DNA of 64,000 nt from Octopus sinensis. Taxonomy: Eukaryota. Position numbers and translations under genes: made by a program. The notes beneath the pieces were generated by a model, which worked only from the letters and a program-made list of their open reading frames with translations, did no database searches and was not told where the DNA came from. This document shows, piece by piece, positions 9,408-23,682 of the stretch. How positions within the stretch are numbered: position 1 is the stretch's first letter; the number at the start of each line of letters is the position of its first letter. The DNA lies in assembly GCF_006345805.1 (NCBI RefSeq), contig NC_043014.1, positions 22,506,001-22,570,000 of the forward strand. The letters are read 5' to 3'.

Positions 9408-12146
9408 GTAGTTGTGTGTGCTACATATCGCCCTCCAGATGCCCCAAGCCATGTGGGCAAGTTTGAAGACTGCCTTATAAAAATAGAAGAAATTCTAACC
9501 ACATTAGAACAACACATAGGTGTGCTTCTTATGGGAGACTTCAATCTGCCCAATGTCAGATGGCCCGAAGGCCTTTCTCTCCCAGGAATGACAAGATGTG
9601 AACGAGGACAGGCGAGGTCCCTCCTGAACCTCATCAACACCCTGTACATGGAGCAGGTAATACTCCAACCAACCAGGGCAGGTAACACACTGGATCTCTG
9701 CTTCACAAATGACATGGATCTCATCCATAATGTGAAAGTGACACCGACACTACTCTCGGATCACAACATGATAGAGCTGACCATGTACGGGCCAAAAGAG
9801 AGCACGGACATGCAGCCTACAAGAAACCCTCAAAATCTTTCCAGCTTGAACTACCATAAGGCAAACTGGAAACAAATTGAGAAAGAGATCCTCAAACAAA
9901 ACTGGCCTAAATGTCTCTCCTCGCCAGACATCGACGAGAAACTTCAACAATTCATGTCTGTAATGCAAGCCATATGCTACAAATGTGTCCCAGAGAGAAA
10001 GGCCACTGTACACAAGAACAAAATCCCCAGAGAGAGGAAAATTTAATGAGACGGCGTACGAAATTTTCAAATCGCCTAAACAAACAGATTGAAAGCAGTG
10101 AAAAGTCCCGCCTAAAAATAAAACTGTTGGAAATCGAAAGATGTCTGCAACTCTCCCATGAAAAAGAAAGAGCAGACAAAGAAGCCTGGGCTATAGAAAA
10201 CATAAAATCTAACCCCAGAGCTTTCTACAGGTATGCCAAAGAAACAGCTACAGTGCACTGTAGAATAGGGCCACTCCTCGAAAAGGATGGCACACTTACA
10301 GGAAAACCAATGAGGGTAAGTGAAATACTGAATGAGCAATTCAAGAGTGTTTTCACTCCACCCCTTGGGCATCTCCAAATCACCAATCCAACTGACTTTT
10401 TTACCACTGCAGATATAAAATCAGAGGCGGCGACGATAGATTACATCGATATAAAGGAAGACGATGTAACCAAGGCTATAGATGAAATGAAAACAGACTC
10501 AGCTACTGGCCCCGATGGATTCCCGGCAATCCTCCTAAAAGCATGTAAGAGAGTCCTAGCAAGACCACTGCAGTTCCTCTTTCAGAGCTTCCTTGCAGCT
10601 GGCAAACTTCCAGGAAAACTGAAGGAAGGTAAAATATGCCCCATTCATAAAGGAGGTAGCAGAGCGGAAGCCAAGAACTATAGACCTATCTCTCTGACCT
10701 CACACATCAGCAAGGTCATGGAACGAATAGTCAGAAGGAAGCTGATCACCTTCCTTGAAGAGAATGACTTGCTGCCCGACACCCAACATGGTTTCCGACC
10801 AGGGAGAAGCTGTTTAACTCAGCTCCTACAACACTATGATGGGTGCTGAAACGGCTGCTCAACCACTCAAATGTGGAAGTGATATATCTCGACTTTGCAA
10901 AGGCCTTTGATAAAGTCGATCATGGAATGATATGTCACAAACTGCGTGATCTCAACATAGTTGGAAAACTGGGAGAATGGCTTCATGACTTTCTGAAGGA
11001 TAGAAGTCAGGTGGTAGTAGCCAATGGGGCCACCTCCATTAACACACAAATAGTGAGCGGTGTTCCGCAGGGCACTGTTCTGGGACCACTACTGTTCATA
11101 ATGGCCCTCTCAGACATGCCCTCAGCCACGCAGAGAGCCACGATCACAAGTTATGCAGATGATACAAAAGTTTCACAGGCAATACAGAACCCTGAGGACA
11201 CTAAACACCTGCAATGTGAGCTGGACGAAATATACAAGTGGGCTGAAAAGAATAGCATGCAGTTCAATGCTGGAAAGTTTCAAGCTTTATACTATCAGCA
11301 TGCAAAACTGAATGCAATACCCAATGAATACACTGGACCCGGAGGGATTGCAATCCCAGAGGCACAATCAGTGCGTGACCTGGGTATTCACATGAGTGAT
11401 GACGCGACCTTTCATGTACATGTTGCTAAACTGACAATGAATGTAGACGGCTGGCTGGCTGGATTCTTAGAACCTTTAGAACAAGAGAACAAGAAACCAT
11501 GATGGTCCTCTGGAAGACACTTGTCCTAAGCCACTTTGACTATTGCTCTCAGCTATGGTCACCATCCAGTGTCAAGTTGATCACAGAACTTGAGGCGATC
11601 CAACGAAGCTACACGAAGAAGATAGCCTCTATGCAGAATGTAAGCTACTGGGAAAGACTCAAGAGATTAAAATTATATTCCCTGGAGCGTAGGCGGGAAA
11701 GATATGCCATAATATACATCTGGAAGATCCTGGAGGGAAGTGTCCTTAACTTTGGCATCGAGAGTTACGCAAATGCCAGAACTGGGCGCCACTGCGTGAT
11801 GCCTAGGACTCCAAACCTGCCATCAAGATGTAGGACAAGATTCTGTGATAGCCTGGGCTTCCGAGGCCCACAGTTCTTCAATATCCTCCCGAAGAATCTG
11901 AGAGACCTGCATGGGGTGGATACAGATGTCTTTAAAATGAAGCTGGATCTCTTCCTGTCAGGTGTCCCAGATGAACCAACTTCACGGCAGGAGGGGCAGA
12001 TGAGGGCAGCTGCATCGAACTCTCTCATGCACCAAATAGCAGTTGCTAGAAAGCCCCCATGAAGTAAAACCAAGTAGCAACACCAAAAGGCGGTGCCCCA
12101 GCATGGCCACAGCTCATAAGCTGAAACTAGAATCAATCAATCAATC
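9408..12146 (+). mobile_element. CR1-like LINE, 5'-truncated within the APE endonuclease; RT and 3' UTR present
   Basis: EN motifs GDFNLPNVRW, TLDLCFTN, SDHNMI. RT motifs NYRPISLTS, QHGFRPGRSC, DFAKAFDKVDH, GVPQGTVLGPLLF, YADDTK. C-terminal SLERRRERY. (CAAT)n tail. Three -1 frameshifts. Confidence 0.93.
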
Positions 12147-12163
12147 ATATATATATATATAGA

Positions 12164-12238
<75 letters not shown>

Positions 12239-12281
12239 ATATATATATTATATATATGTGTGAGTGTATATATGTATATAT

Positions 12282-12333
<52 letters not shown>

Positions 12334-12390
12334 TATTATATATATATATATACATATATATATGTATATATATATATTATATTATATACA

Positions 12391-12456
<66 letters not shown>

Positions 12457-12458
12457 CA
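12147..12458. repeat. (TA)n tract
   Basis: Direct reading of the sequence. Confidence 0.97.
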
Positions 12459-14483
12459 TCATCATCATCATCATCATCATCATTTAGCGTCCGTTTTCCA
12501 TGCTAGCATGGGTTGGACGGTTCTACTGGGGTCTGTGAAGCCAGAAGGCTTCATCAGGCCCAGTCAAATCTGGCAGTGTTTCTACTGCTGGATGCCCTTC
12601 CTAACGCCAACCACTCCGTGAGTGTAGTGGGTGCTTTTTACGTGCCACCCGCACTGGTGCCAGACAGAGCTGGCCAAACGGCCCACGCTCGGATTGGTGC
12701 TTTTTATGTGCCACCGGCACGAGGGCCAGGCGAGGCTGGCAACGGACACGAAAAACGGGGCGGTGCTGCAACGGTCGCGAAACGGAAAGTTCTCTTACAT
12801 GCCACCGGCACTGGTAACACATCTGCAATCTCCATTGATCGCGTTCCATTGATCGATTTCGATTCTGATCCTCAATTGCCTCAATGGGTCTTCACAAGCA
12901 GAGTTTCGACATGCCACCGGCACTGGTAGCACATCCGCAATTTCCATTGATCGATTTCGATTCTGATCCTCAACTTGCCTCAACACGTCTTCACAAGTAG
13001 AGTTTTGTGTCCCAAGAAGGGAAGGTATGCTACGTGGCGGTGCTCCATCCCATGTAGAGGCCACGGGTTGGGGACTCACTTGTCCTGCGGGTCTTCTCGC
13101 GCACAGCACACTTCCAGAGGTCTCGGTCTCTAGTCATTTCCTCAGTGAGACCTAAAGTTCGAAGGTCGTGCTTCACCACCTCGTCCCAGGTTTTCCTGGG
13201 TCTGCCTCTTCCACAGGTTCCCTCAACCGCTAGGGTGGCCTTTTTCACAAAAACTATCTTCATCCATTCTCGCCACATGACCATACCAGCGCAAACGTCT
13301 CTCTTGCACACCACAACTGATGCTTCTTAGGTCCAGCTTTTCTCTCAAGGTATTACACTCTGCCGATGTGGAGTACCAGCATTACACATCCATCGGAGCA
13401 TACTGGCTTCATTTCTAGCGAGCTTTACGCATATCCTCAGCAGTCAGGCCCATGTTTCACTGCCATGTAGCATGGCTGTTGGTACACACGATCACGCATC
13501 ATACAGTCTGCCTTTCACTCTGTGCGAGAGCCTTTTGTCACAGCAAGGTAAGAGCTCTCTGAACTTTGCCCAAGCTATTCTTACTTAGCAGTTACACTTT
13601 CAGCACACCCGCCCCCGCTGCTGACTTGGTCACCTAGGTAACGGAAACTATCAACTATTTCTAGTTTTTCTCCCTGGAAGTGACGGAAGTTGGTCTCAGA
13701 GCATTTTCAGTGTTTATTGTTCCTGAGCATCTGCCACATACAAAACCATCTTCCTAGTTAGCCTTCTTTGACATTGCTGCATCTCTTATGTGTCCATAGC
13801 TTACACTTGGTGCATCTTATAGAGTTTCTACCTAACACCTTTTCTACAGATCGAGCAGGCCATCTACCTGAGGTGTTTGTGATTTGTCTACCTCCTACTG
13901 ATTACGACTTTGGTTTTAGCTAGATTGACTCTGAGGCCTTCGATTCTAATCCTTGTTTTCCACACCTGAAACTTCCTCCAGTTCTGATAGCGACTCAGCA
14001 ATTAGAGCAAGGTCATCAGCATAGAGGGAGCTCCCAAGGGCATCTGTCTTGAATTCCTCCGTTATTGCCTGGAGGACTATGATAAATAGGAGGGGGCTGA
14101 GTACTGAGCCTTGGTGGACCCTACCTCTCCCGGAATTCTTCCTGTACTCATTTCCAAACCTCACCCTACTAGCGGCGTCCCTATACATGGCCCGCAAGCT
14201 CTCACTACCATTCATCTATCCCTAGTTTTCTCATTGCCCACCAGATAAGGGATCGGGGACCCTCGAAAGCTTTCTCCATGTCAACAAAAGCCAGTACAGG
14301 GGCTTATCTTTGGCAAGGTATTTCTCCTGCAGCTGCCTTACCAGGAATATAGCAATCAGTAGTACTTTTCCCCTGGCACAAACCCAAACTGCTCTCATCT
14401 AAACTAACTCTCTCTCTAATTAGTTGGGCTATGACCCTCTCCGTAACCTTCATCACCTGGTTCAACAGCTTGATACCTCTGTA

Positions 14484-14484
<1 letters not shown>
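12459..14484 (-). mobile_element. RTE-clade LINE, 5'-truncated (RT to 3' UTR with (ATG)n tail), many indels
   Basis: YRGIKLLNQVMKVTERVIAQLIRERVSLDE, VHQGSVLSPLLFIIVLQAITEEFKT, YADDLALIAES, GRGRPRKTWDEVV; (cat)n at 12459-12483 is the minus-strand tail. Confidence 0.9.
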
Positions 14485-14539
<55 letters not shown>

Positions 14540-14934
14540 ATATATATAATATATATATATATATACACATTATATATATATAGATACATATTACATATTA
14601 TTTATATATATATATAGATATACAATATATATATATATATATAATATATATACATATATATATATACATAATATATATATATATACATATACATATATAT
14701 AATACATATATTATATACATATATATATATACATATATATATATACATTATATATATATATAAATATATATATACATATATATAATATATGTGTGTATAT
14801 ATGTATATATATATAGTATATATGTATATATATATATATATATATATCTATTTATATATATAATATGTATATATAATATATATATAATATGTGATAATAT
14901 ATATATTGTATATATGTATATATATATATATATG

Positions 14935-14969
<35 letters not shown>

Positions 14970-15152
14970 ATAATATATATATATATATGTATATATATAA
15001 TATATATGTGTGCATATGTATATATATATATATAATATATATATATTATATGTGTATATATATATGTAATATGTTAATATGTATATATATATATATATGT
15101 ATATATGTATATAGATGTATATATATTATATATATATATATGTGTATATATG

Positions 15153-15186
<34 letters not shown>

Positions 15187-15203
15187 TGTGTTTATATATA
15201 TAG

Positions 15204-15234
<31 letters not shown>

Positions 15235-15403
15235 TATGTAATCTGTATATATATATATATATGTATATATATATAGATATTATATATATGTATATATATA
15301 TATATGTATATATATATGTATATATATATATGTATATATATATATGTATATATATATATGTATATATATATATATGTATATATGTATATATATATCTATA
15401 TAA

Positions 15404-15484
<81 letters not shown>

Positions 15485-15601
15485 TATATGTTATATATAG
15501 TATATATATGTATATATGTATATATATATATGATATATATATATATATATATAATGTATAATATGTATATATGTATATTATATTATATATTATATATATA
15601 T

Positions 15602-15639
<38 letters not shown>

Positions 15640-15648
15640 GTATATATA

Positions 15649-15680
<32 letters not shown>

Positions 15681-15785
15681 CATATATATATGTATATATG
15701 TATATATATATAATATATATAATATATGTATATATATGTATATATGTATATATGTATATATATATGTATATATATATGTATAATA

Positions 15786-15820
<35 letters not shown>

Positions 15821-15965
15821 TATAGGTGTGATATATATATATATATAATATATATCTATTGTGGTGAGTGTAATAATATATATATGTATATATGTATATA
15901 GATATGTGTTATTATGTATATATATATGTATATATGTATATTGTGTATATGTGTATATATATATA

Positions 15966-16019
<54 letters not shown>

Positions 16020-16115
16020 ATATGTATATTGTATATTAGATATATACGTATATGTATATATATATATATAATATATGTGTATATATATATATATTATATT
16101 ATATATATAGATATG

Positions 16116-16156
<41 letters not shown>

Positions 16157-16619
16157 GTATATTATGTATATATATGTATATATGTATATATATGTATATA
16201 TCTGTATATATGTATATATATATATAATATGTGTATATCTAATATATATATGGTATATATATATGTGTATATTATATATATGTAATATATGTATATGTAT
16301 ATATAATATATATATATATGTATACTATATATATGTATATATATATATTGTTATATATATATATGTAATTATATATAATATATATGTATATATATTATAT
16401 GTGTATATATATATATATAGTATATATATATAGATATATATATATATATATATTATAAATATATACATATGTATATATGTAATATATGTATATATGTATA
16501 TGGGTATATATGTATTATATATATAAGTGTATATATAATATATATGTATTATATATATATATGTGTATATACTATATTGTGTGTAATATATATATGTATA
16601 TATGTGTATATTATATATG

Positions 16620-16653
<34 letters not shown>

Positions 16654-16661
16654 ATATATAT

Positions 16662-16705
<44 letters not shown>

Positions 16706-16742
16706 ATATATATATATATGTGTATATTTATTTATATTTATA
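14485..16742. repeat. ~2.2-kb (TA)n tract with G/C interruptions
   Basis: Direct reading of the sequence. Confidence 0.97.
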
Positions 16743-17069
16743 GAAGGAGCTTCTACAGGACTAGAACTGTTTCATTCAAGAGAAATCTTCAGAAGCTAGT
16801 TAACAAGAATTGTATTGGCATTTATACATTTAGGCAGGTTAAAGGGGTGTGGTGGGATTTTTGGGGGGTAGGCATAGCGCAAAATATCATACTTGGGGGA
16901 GTGGTGGTCAGTGAGTCAGTGTTAAATTAGATAGAAGAATAAAATAAAAAATAAAAAAATTTATATATAAAAAAAAAAAGGGGAATAGAGTTTAGGTAAA
17001 TAGGAGATTCTCACTTATACCTATGCACACATGTATACATACATACACACACATACAAACATATATACG

Positions 17070-18660
17070 AAAATCTTGTTTTAAATGAATTTTCTGAAGC
17101 CCCTGTGTATGTCTAGTGAAAGGAGTAGTTTATAGAGCCAAGGTGCAAGTGGAAGGCTCATCGGAATACAAGACATACACAGGGGCTTCAGAAAATTCAT
17201 TAAAACAAGATTTTATTCTCATAAGAATTCTTTTAAATACCCAGAGAATAGGAAGAAAACCAGCCTAGCAAAATATGTCTGGAACTAAAAGAAAAGGAAG
17301 CCCCACCTTTCACGTGACATGGAGCATTCTGGACAGGGCGGCACATACAGGCATGGAGCTTACAAATATAATTTCAAGTGCAAGCTTTGCTTATTAGAAA
17401 AAATGCACATATTATTCAAAGACAAAATTCTTTGAATCAAAGAAGGAGTTAATGAACTTATGTAGGCACGCGGCTAATTTAAAAGTCGAATATAAATATA
17501 CCATATGGATAGCAGTATATATTTTGTATTTTGATTTTTGATTTGATTTTGACTCTTAAGCGCTACGACGGATCTATAGCAAAGTCTTATTGTTTCTACA
17601 TAATATTAGGAAAAACCTACAAACTTTGTTTTATGTTATTGTATTGCATAGGATTACCTTGATTATTTATATTACCTTGATTATTTATAAATGACCCAAA
17701 TAGGATGTTATATTTTATTTTATATGTCTTTCGTATATATTTTTATTAATGCACCCATTTTTAAAAGCAATGTTTTTTTTAAAAAAGCAATGTTGTCAAA
17801 TTAGAATGTTTATATAAGTTTGTGTATAGCAAAGCATATGTATTTGTAAGCATGCGTATCTGTGTATGTGTAAGTGAAAGTATGCTTGTGCTTAAGCACG
17901 CATACACACGACGGTATGTTATATGTATCAATCAAAATTGTGTATGGTATAATGGCCTCTATAGATGCCATAACATCGCTACAAGTTTCCCCCCCCCACC
18001 CTCTTTCGTTCCTTTTTCTCTCTTTCCCTTTCGTTTGTTCCCCCTCCTTTGCTTAGTATATGAGAATGCTACATAGATGAATTTTAGCTTGCGTGCGAGA
18101 TGGTTTGCGTGAATATATGTACACATGCTTTTATGTTTATAATTTAGATTCATATTCATACGTCTGTATATGTATGTATGGCGTTTACGTGCATCCTTTT
18201 GTGTATGTTGATATATATATGTGGATTTTAATTAAATATGTATTGCAGTATTTATAACAGGTTTAATTCTATGCATTAATTTGTACTGTCTTCATACGGC
18301 AATAGGTTTTTTCCTCGTTTTTTTCCTCGGATTTATAATTTTTATAATTTTTATAAGTTTTTTATTAATATACATATATTTTTGACCTTTTTGTTTATCG
18401 CTCGAGATTGACCGTTTTTTCTAAAGGGCCAATCAAACAAGTCATTTCTTTTTAAGTGTAGCGTTTGTAAGAGAGTATAGATTGAATTAATATATATTGT
18501 TCCATTCTAGCAAAAACTGTCTGATGAACGGCAACGAGAAACTCAGAGTAACAGATTTTGTTGAATTTTCTGCTGCTTAAAATAACGCATATTACTCTAC
18601 CACTGGTATTTGGAGTACTCTTTTTTCCACTGTTTCACATTTATGTGTTTACTTCTCCGT
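17070..18660 (+). mobile_element. Penelope-like element 3' fragment (GIY-YIG remnant, 3' region, hammerhead-like motif)
   Basis: Frameshifted VVYRAKV...KTYTGASEN-FKTRFYSHKNSF...TSLAKYVW-LK...CKLCLLEK (~17120-17410). Hammerhead-like motif at 18512-18559. The extent between these is inferred. Confidence 0.7.
18512..18559 (+). ncRNA. Minimal type I hammerhead ribozyme-like motif
   Basis: AAAAACTGT-CTGATGA-A-CG(GCAA)CG-A-GAAA-CTCAGAG-TA-ACAGATTTT: core boxes plus stems I-III; 10.1/11.1 is an A-A mismatch. Confidence 0.6.
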
Positions 18661-18816
18661 ATAATATATATATATATATATATATATGTTATATATATAT
18701 AATATATATATATATGTATATATATATATGAATTATATATGTATATATATATATTATGTATATATGTATATATATGTATGTATATATATATATATATATT
18801 ATAATATATATATGTA

Positions 18817-18850
<34 letters not shown>

Positions 18851-19491
18851 ATGTAATATATTATATATGTATATATATATTATATATATATAGTGTATGT
18901 ATATATATGTATATATGTATATGTATATATATGTATATATAATATATATATTGTATATATATATATATAGTATATATGTAATTATATAGGTATATATGTA
19001 TATATATATATGTATTATATGTATATATATATGGATATATATATATGTATATATGTATATATATTATATATGTAATATATATATATATATATGTATATAT
19101 ATAATATGTATATATATATATATATGTAATATATATATATATCTGTATATATGTATATATATATATATATATGTATATATATAATATGGATATATGTATT
19201 ATATGTATATATATGTATATATGTATAATATAAATATATTGTATATATTATATATATATATATGTATATATATGTATATATGTATATATAATATAGTATG
19301 TATGTATATATATATATTTATATATGTATATTATATATATTTATATATGTATATATGTATATATATATGTATGTATTAGTATGTATCTATATATATGTAT
19401 ATGTATATATGTATATAATATATATATATATATTATAGGTATATATATATAATATATGTATGTATATTATGTATATCTATGTATGTATATA

Positions 19492-19524
<33 letters not shown>

Positions 19525-19547
19525 ATATAATATTATATATATATGTA

Positions 19548-19621
<74 letters not shown>

Positions 19622-19652
19622 GATATATGTATATATATAATATATATAGATA
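18661..19652. repeat. (TA)n tract
   Basis: Direct reading of the sequence. Confidence 0.97.
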
Positions 19653-19659
19653 TAGTTTG

Positions 19660-19872
19660 TTTTGTTTTTGTTTTTTCCAGTTTCAGCTCTTGAGCGGTGG
19701 CCATGCTGGGCACCGCCATTGTGGTTAAAGAGTACAGCAGCTCACCACCCCCTGCCGGAGCTCGTAGAGCTTTTTTAGGTGTTTTCGCTCAATAAACACA
19801 CACACAACGCCCGGTCTGAGAATCGAAACCGCGATCCTGCGACCGCGAGTCCGCTGCCCTAACCACGGGGCC
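19660..19872 (-). mobile_element. Short (~210 bp) tRNA-derived SINE with a CR1-type 3' tail
   Basis: Minus strand: tggccccgtggttagggcagcgg...ggtttcgattctc (A/B boxes) ending ggcggtgcccagcatggccaccgctcaagagctgaaact, nearly the same as the LINE tail at 12088-12130. CpG-rich, so probably young. Confidence 0.8.
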
Positions 19873-19875
19873 AAT

Positions 19876-19944
19876 ATATGTATATTGTATACGTATATAT
19901 GTATATATGTTATAATGTATATATGTATACGTATATATGTATAT

Positions 19945-19983
<39 letters not shown>

Positions 19984-20179
19984 TATTATGTATATATATA
20001 TATAGTATGTATATATGTATTATATATATATGTATGTATATATGTATATATATATATGTATGTATATATGTATATATATATGTTTGTATATATATGTATA
20101 TATATGTGTATCTATGTATATTTGTATATATCTATATATATGTATATATGTATGTATATAGTATATGTATGTATATATG

Positions 20180-20216
<37 letters not shown>

Positions 20217-20770
20217 GTATATATATATGTATGTATATATGTATATATATGTATATATATGTATATATGTATGTATATATGTATATATATGTATATATAT
20301 GTATATATGTATGTATATATATATATATGTATGTATGTATGTATGTATATATATATATATGTATGTATATATGTATATATATATATGTATGTATATATAT
20401 ATATGTATGTATGTATATATGTATATATATGTATATATGTATGTATATATGTATATATGTATGTATGTATGTATATATGTATATATGTATGTATGTATGT
20501 ATATATGTATATATGTATGTATATATGTATATATATATATATATGTATGTATATATGTATATATATATGTATGTATGTATATATGTATATATATATATAT
20601 ATGTATGTATATATGTATATATATATGTATATATGTATATATATATGTATATATATATATATATATGCATATATATATGTATATATATATATGTATGTAT
20701 ATATGTATATATATATGTATAGATGTATATATATGTATGTATATATGTATATATATATATATATGTATTT
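19876..20770. repeat. (TA)n/(TATG)n tract
   Basis: Direct reading of the sequence. Confidence 0.97.
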
Positions 20771-20977
20771 ATACTATATTCATTTAAATGAATATTTTCC
20801 ATATAAATGAATATTTTCAAAGAGGAAGAATTTACGGATTTTTTTTCTCTGACGAGGTTTTTCACGCTGACTACTGACATTTCTTTTAAAGATTTATCCT
20901 CAATGTTAATTATATAATATAATGTATGTATATATGTATATATATATATAGATGTATGTATGTATGTATATTATATA

Positions 20978-21215
20978 TCCATCATCATCATCATCGTTTA
21001 ACGTCCGTCTTCCGCGCTAGCACGGGTTGGACGGTTTCGACGGGGTCTGGGGAGCTAGGGACTGCCCCAGGCTCCAGTCTAGTCTGGCAGTGTTTCTACA
21101 GCTGGATGCCCTTCCTAACGCCAACCACTCGCGAGTGTAGTGGGTGTTTTTTACGTGCCACTGCACAGGTGCCAGAGGGGTCTGGCATCGGCCACGTTCG
21201 GATGGTGCTTTTTAT
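20978..21215 (-). mobile_element. RTE LINE 3' UTR fragment
   Basis: Matches 12470-12700 (catcatcatcgtttaacgtccg...ggatgcccttcctaacgccaaccac). Confidence 0.8.
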
Positions 21216-21964
21216 GTGGGGGGGTGGGGGGGCAGAATATAGGCGAGCCCCAGTGGGGAGGGGTGTCAGAGAAATGATGACAGGTTTCGAGGCAAGTAGA
21301 ACGTAGGATATCAAGAGAGGGGTAATGCATGGTGAAATAGCGTATTGAAGAGGGGGGGTTCGAAGAGTAGACACCTATAATGGTGGTGGGAGAAGCGACA
21401 TCCGTATAGATGGAGCAAAAATAGAGATATCCGGTATGGTGGTGGGGGTGGGCAAGGGCGGGTGGCACCGGAATATGATGGGCTGGCTTAAAAATGCTCT
21501 CTAGCAACGGAAGAGGGGGGGGGATGGCAGACAACGTAAAAGAGGAGAGAGGAGAAGGGAATAGTGGACCCCGCGAAAAGGGCCGCCATTGTAAAAAAAC
21601 CCCTGTATGGAGAAATAATATGCAATACGAGGCGAAGCTGAAAATAGTAATAATAATTATAATAATATAATAATATAAGCAAACTTTGGACCGAGGATCA
21701 AAGGACAATACTAATACTAATAATAATAGTAATAATAATAAATAATAAACAGCTCAACCACAACATTAGATTAGAAAGGCTCTTATCTTGGGAACATTCG
21801 TTCTTCGGCCTGACACGGGAATATGACGGGCTGGCTTAAATGCTTCTCTTAGCAAAGGAAGAGGGGGGATGGCAGACAACGTAAAATAGAGAGAGAGAGA
21901 GAAGGGAAATAGTGGAACCCCGCGAAAATGGGCCGCCATTGAAAAAAAAACCCTTGTATGGAGA

Positions 21965-22014
21965 AATATATATATATCTATATATATATATGTATTTATA
22001 GATATACTATTATA

Positions 22015-22069
<55 letters not shown>

Positions 22070-22087
22070 ATATTAATATATATATAT

Positions 22088-22136
<49 letters not shown>

Positions 22137-22151
22137 ATATATATATATATT

Positions 22152-22184
<33 letters not shown>

Positions 22185-22249
22185 CTATTTTATATATCTT
22201 ATATATATATATATTTTATTATTATATTATATTTATATATTATATATAC

Positions 22250-22281
<32 letters not shown>

Positions 22282-22285
22282 TTTA

Positions 22286-22316
<31 letters not shown>

Positions 22317-23028
22317 ATATAATATATACATATATATAATATTTATATATATATATTTATATATATATCTATTTATATATATATATATATAGATATATAT
22401 ATATATATAATATACATATATATAATATTAATATATATATACATATATATATATATTTATATACATATATATATATATATACATATTTATATATATACAT
22501 ATTATATACATTATATATATATATATACATATTTATATACATATTTATATATATATACATATTTATATATATATTTATATATATATACATATTTATATAT
22601 ATATTTTATATAGATATATATATATATATATACATATTTATATATATATTTATACTATATATTATATATATTATTATATATATTTATATACATATATATA
22701 TATTATTATACATATATATATATAATATATATATATAATATATACATATTTATATATAGATTTATATAGATATATATATATATATATATATACATTAGTT
22801 ATATATATATTTTATATAGATATATATAATAATATATATATATATAAATTTATATACATATATTATATATTTATATACATATATATATATAGATATATAT
22901 ATATATTACATATTTATATATATATTTATATACATATATATATATATATACATATTTAGAGATATATTTATATACATATATATATATATATACATATTTA
23001 TATATATATATTAATACATAATATATTA

Positions 23029-23060
<32 letters not shown>

Positions 23061-23520
23061 GATATATATATAATATTTATATATATATTTATATACATAT
23101 TTATATATATTATTTATATACATATATATATATATATACATATTTATATATATATTTTATACATATATATATAATATATTTATATACATATATATATATA
23201 TACATATTTATATATATATTTATATACATATTATATATATATTTATATACATTATAGATATATATATATTTATATACTTATATATATATACATATTTATA
23301 TATATATTGATATACATATATAATATATATATAACATTATTTATATATATATGGCATACATATATAATATATATATTTATATACATATATAATTATATAT
23401 ATACCATATTTATATATATATTTATATACATATATATATATAAATTTTATATATATTTTATAACATATATATATATATATATATCATATTTATATATATA
23501 TTTTATATACATATAATATA

Positions 23521-23563
<43 letters not shown>

Positions 23564-23682
23564 CTATATATATTATATATATATTTATTTATATATATAT
23601 ATATATATAAAATATTATATATATATATATTTATATATATATTTATTTATATATATATATTATATATATATAATATATATAT
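21965..23682. repeat. ~1.7-kb (TA)n/(TTTA)/(CATA) tract
   Basis: Direct reading of the sequence. Confidence 0.97.
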
